Positions 36,357 through 48,745 of a stretch of DNA of 64,000 nucleotides are shown here, in pieces. The position numbers were made by a program, and so were the translations under genes. This DNA is from Podarcis tiliguerta (lineage: Eukaryota). The stretch lies in assembly GCA_965153285.1 (NCBI GenBank), contig OZ229113.1; one strand, 5' to 3'. Under the pieces are notes generated by a model. It worked only from the letters and a program-made list of their open reading frames with translations. It did no database searches and was not told where the DNA came from. The first letter of the stretch is position 1. The number at the start of each line of letters is the position of its first letter.

Positions 36357-37048
36357 TGCTGGAACAACCCTTCACAGCACCAGTGTGTTCGACCTAATGA
36401 TGGAGACAGATCTGGGTAATAGCTGAATTTTACATATATTTTTAAAGGTGTGATCAACCATTGTAGGTTTCTTCCCAGTAGTCCTGTAACCTAAGCCCTA
36501 TTTGGGCATTCACCTATGATCCTCTAAGTTAGGAGCACTTGCTTACTCTTTGCCAACCATCACATCTGAGAAATCCAGCTCATGGGACCAGCGTTCTCTC
36601 AAAGGGCAGGCTGCAGACATCCTTCCAAATGCACAAATGCCATTGGGGAGAGGCTGCCATGGGGTTTGACAGTATAAGTGGAGCAAGCAAGTGAAGTCCT
36701 GCTCTCCTGGTTCACACAATGGTAATCGTGAAGTCATTTGAATGGCTTCTGCTTCCTCCCACATGGAATCATAATGCTGTGACTAACATAACCTCTGTTC
36801 CCTTATTATTTGTGAGATGGCTGAATATAGCTCACCAATCATTTACTGAGAAGCTTGATAGAGAATCTGTCTTGGAGGACTCATCTCTTTGAAGAAACAC
36901 TGCATTATGTATTATCTTCCTCAACATATGGATTTGCTTCAGGTGTCGCTTTTGAAATAATGCCTGCTATGCTCCTTTTCAATATTTGAAGGATTAGCAC
37001 ATAATACTTCTAGTAGCTGTTAAGTCCCAGTGGATTCACTCTGTATTT

Positions 37049-39510
37049 GATGGCCAAGCATGCAAAAGGAAGGGAGATAGTAGTAATGGGGGACTTCAGT
37101 TACCCGGATATTTGTTGGATGTCAAACTCAGCCAAGAGCATAAGGTCAAACAGATTCCTCACTGGCCTTGCAGACAACTTCATTGTCCAGAAAGTGGGAG
37201 AAGCAACAAGAGGAACAGACATTTTAGATCTGGTCCTAACCAATGTTGACGACCTGGTTAGTGGGGTAGAAGTGGAAGGATCATTAGGCGCGAGTGATCA
37301 TGCTCTTCTGAAGTTTACTATACAGCGGAAAGGAGCAGCCAAGCATACTAGGACTCAATTTCTTGACTTTAAGAAAGCCGACTTCATAGAACTTAGGGAA
37401 GTGCTGGGTGAGATCCCATGGACAGTAATACTAAAAGGAAAGGGAGTTCATGATGGCTGGGAGTTTGTTAAGATGGAGATAGTAAAAGCACAACTTCAGG
37501 CAATACCAATGAGACGGAAACATGGAAGGTGCCTAAAGAAGCCAGGGTGGCTATCTAAAGAACTTTTAACTGAGTTAAGATTAAAAAAGGAAGTGTACAA
37601 AAAATGGAAAAGGGGGGAAACCATCAAGGAGGAATTCAAACAAATAGCCAGCACGTGTAGACACAAAGTCAGAAAAGCTAAAGCACAGAATGAACTCAGG
37701 CTTGCTAGAGAGGTTAAAAGCAACAAAAAAGGCTTTTATGGGTATGTTCGTAGCAAAAGGAAGAACAAAGAAACAGTGGGGTCACTCAGAGGAGAAGATG
37801 GTGAAATGCAAACAGGGGACACAGAAAGGGCTGAACTCCTCAATGCCTTCTTTGCCTCAGTCTTCTCTGATAAAGAAAACAATGCCCGACCTGAAGAATT
37901 TGGAGCAAATGTTTCAGCAGAGGAAACACAGCCCAGAATAACTAAGGAGATAGTACAAGAATACTTGGCTAGTTTAGATGTATTCAAGTCTCCAGGGCAT
38001 TGGATGCATCCAAGAGCATTAAAAGAACTGGCAGATGTGATCTCAGAACCACTGGCAGTCATCTTTGAGAATTCCTGGAGAACAGGCGAAGTCCCGGCAG
38101 ACTGGAGGAGGGCAAATGTTGTCCCTATTTTCAAAAAGGGGAAAAGAGAGGACCCAAATAATTACCGCCCAGTCAGTCTGACATCAATACCAGGGAAGAT
38201 TCTGGAGCAGATCATTAAGCAAACAGTCTGTGAGCACCCAGAAAGCAATGCTGTGATCACCAATAGTCAGCATGGATTTCTGAAAAATAAGTCATGTCAG
38301 ACTAACCTGATCTCGTTTTTTGACAGAATTAAAAGCCTGGTAGATGAAGGGAACGCAGTGGATGTAGCCTACCTTGATTTCAGCAAGGCATTTGACAAGG
38401 TGCCCCATGATATTCTTGTAAAGAAGCTGGTAAAATGCGGTCTTGACTATGCTACCACTCAGTGGATTTGTAACTGGCTGACTGACCGAACCCAAAGGGT
38501 GCTCATCAATGGTTCCTCTTCATCCTGGAGAAGAGTGACTAGTGGGGTGCCACAGGGTTCTGTCTTGGGCCCGGTCTTATTCAACATCTTTATCAACGAC
38601 TTGGATGATGGACTCAAGGGCATCCTGATCAAATTTGCAGATGACACCAAACTGGGAGGGGTGGCTAACACCCCAGAGGACAGGATCACACTTCAAAACG
38701 ACCTTGACAGATTAGAGAACTGGACCAAAACAAACAAGATGAATTTTAACAGGGAGAAATGTAAAGTATTGCACTTGGGCAAAAAAAATGAGAGGCACAA
38801 ATACAAGATGGGTGACACCTGGCTTGAGAGCAGTACATGTGAAAAGGATCTAGGAGTCTTGGTTGACCACAAACTTGACAGGAGCCAACAGTGTGACGCG
38901 GCAGCTAAAAAAGCCAATGCAATTCTGGGCTGCATCAATAGGAGTATAGCATCTAGATCAAGGGAAGTAATAGTGCCACTGTATTCTGCTCTGGTCAGAC
39001 CTCACCTGGAGTACTGTGTCCAGTTCTGGGCACCACAGTTCAAGAAGGACACTGACAAACTGGAACGTGTCCAGAGGAGGGCAACCAAAATGGTCAAAGG
39101 CCTGGAAACGATGCCTTATGAGGAACGGCTAAGGGAGATGGGCATGTTTAGCCTGGAGAAGAGGAGGTTAAGGGATGATATGATAGCCATGTTCAAATAT
39201 ATAAAAGGATGTCACATAGAGGAGGGAGAAAGGTTGTTTTCTGCTGCTCCAGAGAAGCGGACACGGAGCAATGGATCCAAACTACAAGAAAGAAGATTCC
39301 ACCTAAACTTTAGGAAGAACTTCCTGACAGTAAGAGCTGTTCGACAGTGGAATTTGCTGCCAAGGCGTGTGGTGGAGTCTCCTTTGGAGGTCTTTAAGCA
39401 GAGGCTTGACAACCATATGTCAGGAGTGCTCTGATGGTGTTTCCTGCTTGGCAGGGGGTTGGACTCAATGGCCCTTGTGGTCTCTTCCAACTCTATGATT
39501 CTATGATTCT
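37049..39510 (+). mobile_element. Young 5'-truncated CR1 LINE with uninterrupted ORF2 (partial endonuclease plus RT)
   Basis: ORF 37047..39434, 795 aa: [65 protein letters not shown]; 3' tail ctctatgattctatgattct. Confidence 0.97.
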
Positions 39511-40264
39511 GTAGTCCATGCAAACTTGTTGGAGCTTATTTCTATCATTCTGGTGTATCACCCCCAGTCCTGCCACAAGTTAGTTTTACTTTCAGCAAGT
39601 AGAGTCAGTTCAATATAGGAAACTTTAGATGTGCTATATTTTCAGTTTAACCCTTAGATCAGTGTCTAGCAGTTATTTTCTTTTGATATTTGGATCTGGC
39701 TCAAGCATACACACACAGGAAAACCTAAGCCCCCAGTTTGGATGACTGAGTAGCAATCTCCCCCCACCCCCCCACCTGATATCTGATTAAACAGCAGGAT
39801 AATAAACAATAGCAGCATTAGCAAGAAAGATAGACAAAATCATAAAGTCATCCTCATGCTCAAAACCAGGGCCAGCCAACCTATGAGGCAAGGTGAGAGT
39901 CCACCCAGGGCAGAAGATCCCAATGTTGATCTTTCTTCCCTGCCTGCCCCTTGTTCCTGATCTAGATCTTCCCTAGTGGGGGTTGGGGTGTCATTTTGGG
40001 ATCTGCCTCAGGTGTCAAATGTCTTGGTCTGCCCTGCTCAAAACTGTCCACCAGGTCTAAATGTACCAACCAGATGTCCATGTCCTTTCGGCCTTATTCA
40101 AAGTTCATTCAAGGATGAAGTCAGTGTGATGGCTTTACATGTTCCATAAAGATGCAAAACATGAGAACCCTGCAACGTAAATTTTCCAGCAAGTGTCAGC
40201 AGCGCATTTTGGTGCATTGCAGATGCTTCAGCTAACCCGTGCCAACAGTAAATTTGTATTCCAA

Positions 40265-40278
40265 CCAGCAGGTGGCAG
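40265..40278 (+). promoter_or_regulatory. CTCF-like motif between B3GALT5 and IGSF5
   Basis: CCAGCAGGTGGCAG matches the CTCF core consensus. Confidence 0.4.
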
Positions 40279-40526
40279 TAAAGATTGGTCTCAAATCACT
40301 CTTCAGTCTTGATTGAGCTTCTGGTCCTGTAGCTCCCATTAGTCTCTATAGTGCCAGACAATCACAGGTGCATGCAATCTCCTAGCTGCTACAGTGACTC
40401 AAACCTCCATCCAAATAATGATTTCAGCCAGGAAGGATAGAGCCACCTACCATGATTTTAGCCAATAGGTATTGCAGTATAGGAGCTCCTGTAGGAACTT
40501 TACTGCAAAGGTTAAGAGATGATATA

Positions 40527-40894
40527 GGAATGCGGGTGGCGCTGTGGGTAAAACCTCAGTGCCTAGGACTTGCCGATCGTATGGTCGGCAGTTCGAATCC
40601 CCGCGGCGGGGTGAGCTCCCGTCTTTCGGTCCCAGCTCCTGCCCACCTAGCAGTTTGAAAGCACCCTTAAGTGCAAGTAGACAAATAGGTACCGCTTTAT
40701 AGCGGGAAGGTAAACGGCGTTTCCGTGTGCTGCGCTGGTGCTGGCTTGCCAGAGCAGCTTCGTCACGCTGGCCACATGACCCGGAAGTGTCTTCGGACAG
40801 CGCTGGCCCCCGGCCTCTTAAGCGAGATGAGCACGCAACCCCAGAGTCTGTCAAGACTGGCCCGTACGGGCAGGGGTACCTTACCTTTACCTTT
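40527..40894 (+). mobile_element. Sauria SINE, full length, inserted into a CR1 fragment
   Basis: tRNA-like head (gtggcgctgtgg...gttcgaatccc), ACCTTT tail, atgatat target duplication; homologous to 49240-49605. Confidence 0.92.
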
Positions 40895-41215
40895 TATGAT
40901 ATGATAGCCATCTTCAAATATCTAAAGGGCTTTTCTTACGGAAGATGGTGCAAGCTTGTTTTCTCCTGCTCTAGAGCATAGGTTCTGAACCAATGGATTC
41001 AAGTTACAAGAAAGAAGATTTTGACTAAACATCAGGAGGAACATCCTCTTTGACATTGGAACGGACTCACTTGGAAGGTGGTAGACTCTCCTTCCTTGGA
41101 GGGTTTTAAGCAGAGGTTGGGTGGCCATCTGTCACAGATGCTTCAGATTCCTGCCTTGCAGGGGGTTGGACTAGATGGCCCTCAGGGTTCCTTCCAACTC
41201 TACAATTCTATGATT
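40895..41215 (+). mobile_element. CR1 LINE 3' fragment
   Basis: DMIAIFKYLKG...; ggttggactagatggccc...attctatgatt tail. Confidence 0.88.
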
Positions 41216-41570
41216 TCGTGATTCATCCTGGAGCATTACCAGAACTATAGTCGAGCACTTGCAAAAGCAACCAACCAGCTCTTTGATTAACACAATAATA
41301 ACGTATTTAGGGGTGGATTTATACTGGACTATCCGCACATCTTCCACTTTATTCATTGTTCTGTGATGAGTCCCCAGTGCTACCACATGACTGCCTTTGG
41401 AAAGGGCACTCTGGCACAGTACCAAAAGCGGAACAACCCCCTGCCTTGCACATCCTGGAACATTTGTGATAGAAAAAATTACAGGGTTTTAATAGGAAGC
41501 TATGAGACAAAGCAGTATGCCACCCTGAAACTTTTATAGGTGCAAACAGTCTGGAGAGGGGCATCCCATA

Positions 41571-41676
41571 TAGAATCACAGTATAGTCAAGTTCCAAGGG
41601 ACCGTGAGACTCATTATTCCAACATTCTGCAGTGTAGGAATCTTTCGCCCAACATTGGGCTCGAACCCATGACCCT
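41571..41676 (-). mobile_element. SINE with truncated tRNA-Lys-like head and CR1 tail
   Basis: cgcccaacattgggctcgaacccatgaccct resembles the complement of the tRNA-Lys(CTT) 3' half, joined to a degenerate CR1 tail ending gtgattct. Confidence 0.6.
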
Positions 41677-42469
41677 TATCCTTGAAGGATAAGAAGAAAA
41701 CTAGAGATTGCTTAATACCATCATGAGCACGACTCTTCATGAGTGCACAATCAAAAGGACACATGGAGGGGGGCCCCAGTGTGCTCTTTTGAGGTGCGTA
41801 ATTTGTATAGGACTATTTCAGGGACCAGATAGAGTGGGTGGGTGTATTCTGTATGGGGCGTTTCTGGCTGGGAATCCAACAGTCTCCTTCCCTGCTAACA
41901 GCGGACTACCCCGAATGGAAACCATCTCCCACTCAGCCACAGTCACAGCCCCCCACACAGTATGGAGTAATATATTGTATTGACACAGGCAAGTCAATTT
42001 TTCAATGTTTCAAAAGTAAAATGATAAGAAATCCATACTGTCCAAATAAGACCTGCATTAGAGGACCAAGTCCTGTCTTTGCTGCTATTTTTTGTCTGGT
42101 GAGGTGGCACGCAGGTTAAAATCCTGGATTCTTCCACTGTTTTCTTTGAGCTGCTTTCAGTTCCATCATGTGGGAGAGAATAAAAAAAATCACTTTCAAA
42201 ACGAACCAGCAAGCTCCATTTCTGAACAATAGAATTGTGTCTTGGGCTGTGACTCACCTCATTGCCTGCCAAAATGGAATGTGGAAATCGGCTTGAGTCT
42301 TGAAGAATGATTGGGTGGAATATTGCCTGCACATTTTTCTCTTTTTATGTATGTAGGCTTTGTTCTTATGCTTAATTCGTTAATTCAGCAATCATCAGCA
42401 TATTATGACACTGCTTAAATAATTGCACTGGCTGCCAATTAGAGGTATGAGCTAAGTTCAAGGTGCTGG

Positions 42470-43155
42470 CTCTGGGGTACAAAGCCCTAGGTCACCTCAC
42501 CCCTTAGATACCTAATCGATCACTGAGCTCTGCAGATAGGGGCCTTCTGCAGATCCCACCTTATTAAGAGGTCCATCCTGCGCAATAAAGGAATTGGACC
42601 TTTAATATGGTAGCCCCTTCCCTTTGGAATCTCACCCTCTGTCATTTAATATCAGATAGGTATAATTTCTGTTGTCTTCGAAACCTACTGAGGACCTTCC
42701 TCGTTCAACAAACCTTTTATGTGGAAATCTTACCACAGTTTGCATCAGTACTGGAACTATTAAAAAACTTTTTATAGGCGAAATGTTTTTTAAAATGTTT
42801 GTATTATTTTATGGAATTGTTTTTAATATCAACCTGCTTCTAGAATCATAGAATTGGAGAATTGAAGAGGATCCGGGGGTAAGGCCTGTACTCCAACCCA
42901 CCCCCCCATGCAGGAAACTCAACTAAAGCATCCCTGAGAGATGGCTATCCAACCTCTGCTTAAAAACCTCCAACAAAGGAGAGTCCACAACCTCCTGAGG
43001 GAGTCCGCTTTAATTGTGTTTTGCACTAGTTTTATGGTTGTAGTTGTTTTATGATTGTATGTTTTACTGTTGCAACCCATCCTGGGACCTTGCAGTGAAG
43101 AGCAGGTAAGAAATCTAACAAAATAAAAATGAAATAAATAAATAAATAAAAATAA
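42470..43155 (+). mobile_element. L2-type LINE 3' end interrupted by a minus-strand CR1 tail (42841-43010)
   Basis: tacaaagcccta...ggacctttaatatggtagccccttccctttggaat motif, (AAAT)n tail; nested tagaatcatagaattgg CR1 end. Confidence 0.6.
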
Positions 43156-43404
43156 ATAACATGCATCTCACGCATGTGTAATAATGTGCTTTTGAGATGC
43201 TCACTAGTTTGTGATTTGGCTCCTCTGGAGTTTGGGGAGCCTGGATTTAACCCCTCTGCTTGCACTTTATTGTTTCACTTCACTAGTGGCCTGATTGTTG
43301 CATGAATTGTGTGAAGCCCACTATTTGACCTTTAGGCCCTCGCCCTTAGCAGCTTTGAAAAGGATGGAAGCCCTCCAGGATCTGAGGTGCAGCTAAGGGT
43401 TGTA

Positions 43405-43642
43405 CAGTGGTACCTCAGTTTTTGAACGCCTCTGTACTCAAACGTTTCGGAACTCAAACGCCAAAAACCTGGAAGTGCCTCGGTTTTCAAATGCGCCTCA
43501 GAACTTGAACAGGAAACGTGGCTTTTGTTTTGAGTTTTCTGTGTTGAGGCTTGTGTTTTGAGGCTTCCGCTTTTGGTTTTCGAATGTTTCAGAAATCGAA
43601 CAGACTTCCAGAATGGATTATGTTCGAAAACCAAGGTACCAC
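43405..43642. mobile_element. Tc1/mariner-type MITE
   Basis: ta|cagtggtacctc...aaggtaccac TIRs; related to 47714-47939 and 55280-55512. Confidence 0.75.
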
Positions 43643-44128
43643 CAAGTCTTTGGCTTGTACTACTTCTTTACTCTACCTTTTCCTACTGGACAGCAGAGGA
43701 CCATGGCGAAGAGAGTGTTGGGGCAAACTGAGGGATTCATTATTTTCCTCAGTAGCAATTGAGGCAGTTCTGCAAAGTATGGGGGAACACATGAAGGTTG
43801 CTATGTCCCTCCCACCTCCCCTGACAGGATTCTTGTGACTTTAATACAGTATAGAGTGTTAGGCAGCAATATAGCAGATAGAGTATGTTCTCTTCCCACA
43901 TAGAGATGCAGTAAGGGGGAAAGTGGCAACAGCTGAATTTTTCACATGCCATACTAGTCATGAAAGTGCAAGAGCAAGGTTTGATCATTTTTCTTCCTCC
44001 CATTTTAAAAAAATCTCCTAGGGCCTGCTGAGCTGCACATTGCTTCATTACGGCAATAGGTGTCGTCGTTTCCACACCTACTCGGTTGGTCGTGTACCTG
44101 CCTTTTACTTTATGTTTTGATGGCATCT

Positions 44129-44428
44129 GTTAATTATTAAAAACCATGGAATATGTTCATTGGTTGCACACCTGAGTCATATCTTTTTATGAGATAAAAG
44201 GTCACTGCAAACAGAGTCGCACAAAAGCCGCATCAGAAACCAGAAGTTGCAGGAAATGCTTTGTGTGGGGCGTTCCAGAGGAATAATATAGAAACCAGTT
44301 GAGATTAATCGGAATATTTGGGTGTGTGGCTATATGAGGAGTTATTTGGATGGAAGAGACAGCAATAAACAGATTTTCTTTCTCAGAAGAGACTAAGGTT
44401 TTTCATGTGATAATCTACTGGTAAGAAG
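44129..44428 (+). promoter_or_regulatory. IGSF5: Candidate IGSF5 promoter and first non-coding exon
   Basis: HNF1-like GTTAATTATTAAA 44129-44141, AP-1 TGAGTCA 44173-44179, GATA AGATAA 44192-44197, tandem donors gtaaga (44421) and gtaagg (44429). Confidence 0.5.
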
Positions 44429-46001
44429 GTAAGGAACTCTCAAGTCTATGATAGTCAATTTAATATGGGTGAATGACTGCAAAATGGGTTTACTGATAAA
44501 GAATCTGCGATTATGTAATGATATTTAGAAAAGGATGTTTGCTCTCCAAAGTTAAGTTAGCAAAATCCAAATATGAACAGAAAGTAGGAAGTACGATAGT
44601 GTAGAGGCCTCTATTTTTGAATGTTACTTGTCTGGCACAGTCTTAGGTATGTTTACTGTGTATGACGGGGCTTAAAACTTCGTGAAAGTGCTGACAGTTG
44701 CAGCTTTAATTTATATGTCTAATCACACACATGTGGAGAGGAACTACTACATAGAAACATATTTTTATGTTGATCCCACAGCTCTGAAATGGTCTGCAAA
44801 TGATCCCTCTTGGTTAATGAAAACCCAGGAAATGAGCTTGGGTAGTCCACCCCTATTGAGCACGTTGATCTGTTATCGTACAAGAGGAGATGTTTAGCAC
44901 AATGGCAACTTCTGCCTCAAATGAGAGTAAAGCTATCTCCAAATAATTGTAGCTTTCTGTTGTGAAAAACATTTTTCCAGTTCTAAAAGAAATTGAGCCA
45001 TTATGGCCTAGTTTTGCTGGAAGTTCCTGGGGCTCTCCTTCCCACAGACAGCCTTTTTGACACCTACATCACTGAAATACATTTCCAGGCAACAGTCTTA
45101 TTCATACTTACCAGGGAGTGAGTCTCTTTTAATCAGAGCTGTTAGCATTTACATTCAAGTATAGATGCATAGGATTGTATTGCCCATTCTCTGTGCTAAT
45201 AAATCTCATCTTTTTGCTATTTTATGCAATGTAGGTTTTTAACAATTACACAGCAACACCAGCAATTATAGTTGTCGTGAGCTGAGATCTGATTTATGCT
45301 TAGCCCTTCTGGGCATTTCTTTGAATGAGGATTGCTATTCTTAAAAAGACTTGATCACATCAGCGGCTAGGATAGATATCTCTTAGCACTGGAAAAATAT
45401 GTCTGGACAATCAAAGCTTGTAGCACCTTGCTCTTGAGGACACACTTCAGCAGGAATTTTTTGTAGCTTATGGTGGTAGGTGAATGATCCCTTTGCTGAT
45501 GGTTTATTGCCATTCATATTGTTATGATTTTGTGGATTTAGTAAGAGTTAGAATTAAATAAGGTTTGATTAACCTGTGCCAAACACTAAAACTCCCTGGA
45601 TTTAGTTTATGCTAACAACCTAGGCCAATCTGGCATAGCTGCTAAGAGGGGCCATTAGCCGGGCACAAAGGCTAGTGATGGCCCATCAAGGAAACCATCA
45701 AAGGGCAAGACTGCAGAACCAGGAGGGCTTCCTCCTCCAGCTGTGTGTGTTAGTCCACAGGGAAGGAAAAGGTTTAAGATTTCAGTGCAGGATTATGTAG
45801 GCTGATGGAAAATTGTGGTGTTTTGCAAGAGGTCTGAAAAAGTGGGAGAGAAAGGGGGCCAACAGAACTCCCAGTGGACTGGCTGGAGCAAATGGGGCAG
45901 GCAGGTTCCCTTGTTTGTAGACCTAAGCCTGCTGCTCCTGAGAGAGGAACAAATCATCATTTTAAGATGTGAATGCTCTGAACCCTCTCTGCACAGTAGA
46001 T

Positions 46002-46160
46002 GACCAGCTGGATAGCTCAGTTGGTTAGAGCGTGGTGTTGATAATACCAAGGTTGCAGGTTCAATCCCCGTATGAGACAGCTGCTTATTCCTGCATTGCA
46101 GGGGGGTTGGACTAGATGATCCACAGGGTTCCTTCCCACTCTACAGTTCTATGATTCTAT
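46002..46160 (+). mobile_element. SINE with tRNA-Ile-like head and CR1 tail
   Basis: tagctcagttggttagagcgtggtgttgataataccaaggttgcaggttcaatccccgta head (A and B boxes), then attcctgcattgcagggg...ttctatgattctat. Confidence 0.85.
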
Positions 46161-46599
46161 TATTCAGGTTGTATATATGTGTAAATAAACCATATATCAT
46201 GAAGACACTGCCACCTCCACTGTGCCTAATTTCCAAAAGGGAACACAGACCCTGTGGAAATCATGCCATTGCCAAGACCCCTGGAATTTCACACCTCTTA
46301 GAGATTGGATGCTTACATGAATCCAGCCCAGGAGTTTTTTTCCACAACTGCTCACCACATTCCAGAAGGATGTGATCTCTTCTTAATAGTCAAACACGTC
46401 ATTTAGTGACTGCACATATATGTATGGTTCTCTGTTTATAATCTAGGAAATATACTGCTTTGTTGTTGTTCAGTCCATTTGAAGCATGATTGTTTTTGTC
46501 TTTGGATTTGTAACTTTGAAATACTTGGTAAAAAAATATGTGTTTTACAGCAATGCGCTGGTGTCCTTTTCTTTTAGGTTCATTGGAAGAGCTTGCTAA

Positions 46600-46657
46600 A
46601 TGGATAGATATCGGGAATGGATTTGGCTGGCTTTCAGTCTTTTAGTCTTGCTAACAG
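46600..46657 (+). CDS. IGSF5: IGSF5 signal peptide exon (MDRYREWIWLAFSLLVLLT; exon starts at 46578)
   Basis: cttttag acceptor, ATG at 46600, hydrophobic leader, phase-1 donor CAG|gtatta compatible with the next exon. Confidence 0.8.
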
Positions 46658-47713
46658 GTATTATTACCCTTTTCTCATTTGCCAACCAAAGTGTAACTTG
46701 TTTGCTTAGCACTTCTTAGGCCGCCTGTTAATAGTAACTCTAGAATGCTGAAATACTAAAACTAAATTTGGCACACATTCAGGGTGTCACATTTTAATAA
46801 CAACCCAGCCCCTTCCTCCCCACCAATTCTCAGTGGGAGAAGGAAAATGCAAAATATTACTCGATGCAAGACTGAAATATCATATGGAAATCATTTAATA
46901 TGAATAGTAAGCTTCCTATACCTCCATTAATTGTGGTCCACATGACTTTTTCCTCCAAATCACTGCCTTCCCACATTTCCCCCTCAGTAAGTCTGGATTT
47001 TCTCATACCCCCTCCTTTTCAGAGTATCCCTTGAACATCAGCTGGTTATTATACCTCTGCAGGTGTGTCTTTGCGATTCATTTCTTCAACTTCTCATTCT
47101 GCATTTTTTTTTGCATTGCAGTAGCTTGTTTAGCTCGTGTCCCATGTGAATTTTTTGATACAAGTTTGTGAGTTTTGAAATTTCTTATGATCCTTGAGCA
47201 TTAAAATGCAATTTAGTACAAAGACGATGATCCTTTTAAGTCCCTTGGGTAGTTTATACAATAAGATGGAAAGAATGTAATTATCTTGGCTTATAATGCC
47301 AACATACTTGGAGTATGGTCATTAGCAAAGGATAATAAAAAAATGAGAAGTGTTCTGGAATTGGTTCACATTGATGGGAATTACGCTACTATGCCACCTA
47401 TTCAAATGAGTCTTGTAGAGTATTTAGGCTGTTGTGCAATTCTTGGCTCTTGGAAAATCACATGCCCTTTCTGGTAATTATTTCTTTAAAGAAAGTAGAA
47501 AAAAAAAGATTAAGCCCAGTTTTGCCAAAATGAGGATTTATTAAAGTTCTTGTCAATCAATCCACAGAACTGAGCACAAAACTTTGAAAAATTAACTCTT
47601 GCAGATCAGTCTGTCAAAGCTGTACAGGATGGATTAAGAAAATTCAAAATGTTTATCCCGAAAGCTCTATAATGGAACAGGCAAGGGCAGCGCTACCAAA
47701 CGAGCCACAACTA

Positions 47714-47939
47714 CAGTGGTACCTCGGGTTACAGACGCTTCAGGTTACAGACTCTGCTAACCCAGAAATAGTACCTTGGGTTAAGAACTTTGCTTCAGGA
47801 TGAGAACAGAAATTGTGCTCCGGTGGCGTGGTAGCAGCAGTCAGCCCCATTAGCTAAAGTGGTGCTTCAGGTTAAGAACAGTTTCAGATTAAGAACAGAC
47901 CTCCAGAACGAATTAAGTTCTTAACCCAAGGTACCGCTG
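47714..47939. mobile_element. Tc1/mariner-type MITE
   Basis: cagtggtacctcgggtta...taacccaaggtaccgctg TIRs flanked by TA on both sides. Confidence 0.88.
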
Positions 47940-48424
47940 TATTCTCAGGATAGGATGAATCTGCTTCTAGGCACCTGGTTGTTTAAAACCAGTTTAGGTC
48001 CAAAATGGGAATGCTTCGAACCAGAACTCTGGGATTCATTAAGCAACTGCTGTCAACTTAAACCGAGTCAAGACCTTCCCTCTGTTTTCAAGCACAGGGC
48101 AAAGTTACAATACAAGACGACTGATAGCTTTTGTTTCTAATGTTCACAGCAAAGGTTCTTCAGACATTATACACACTATCTGGCATTAATCTGTGTTACC
48201 AGTACATTAACCAACTTAAATGCCTCCTTCGTTTTTTTGTTCACACGGACGTTTAATGCTCCTCATGTATTTATGCAGAAGGGTGATGTCAGACCTATAT
48301 ACATTGATTTTTTTAACTGTTATCATGATGATTGTGTAAGATAAGCTAGAAACACCCTTATTGACTTTGGTGTTGGTTTAGTTTCAGTTCCTGAGTGATT
48401 TTTTCCCCCTCTCCTGTTTTGCAG

Positions 48425-48745
48425 ATACTGGGTTTGGCTACTCCATCATAGAAGGTCCCAGAAATTTAACAATTCTTGCTGGTTCAGTGGCTCATTTTAA
48501 CTGTACAGTGTCAGAAGGGTATAAGATTTTGATATGGCTTTTCAATGGAACCCCTATATTGACTGTACTGGGTAACGGAACACCTGTTATAACAAATTCG
48601 AAATACAATCAGGATGGTTTTCAAAATGGTACTGAGTTCACCTCCGGACTCAAGATTTTTGATGTCCAGCTACATGATTCTGGAGAAATAAAATGCAACC
48701 TCCAGAACTTTCAGGAAGATAAATACGCATTTCTTTCTGTTCAAG
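48425..48745 (+). CDS. IGSF5: IGSF5 Ig domain 1 exon
   Basis: IIEGPRNLTILAGSVAHFNCTVSEGYKILIW...DSGEIKCNLQN...AFLSVQ parallels mammalian IGSF5 (IEGPQN...RFNCTVSQGWKLIMW...DSGNIRCSLQN); phase 1/1 splice sites. Confidence 0.93.

Noticed and set aside
37496-39523. Several antisense and alternative-frame ORFs over the CR1
   Set aside because: These are shadows of the CR1 ORF2 reading frame.
40447-40981. ORFs of 135, 68 and 84 aa
   Set aside because: They lie in a GC-rich Sauria SINE and the adjoining CR1 fragment; similar ORFs recur in the second copy at 49.2-49.6 kb.
46002-46080. tRNA-Ile-like sequence with a GAT anticodon as a functional tRNA gene
   Set aside because: The acceptor stem is mismatched and the sequence runs directly into a CR1-derived tail, so it is a SINE head.
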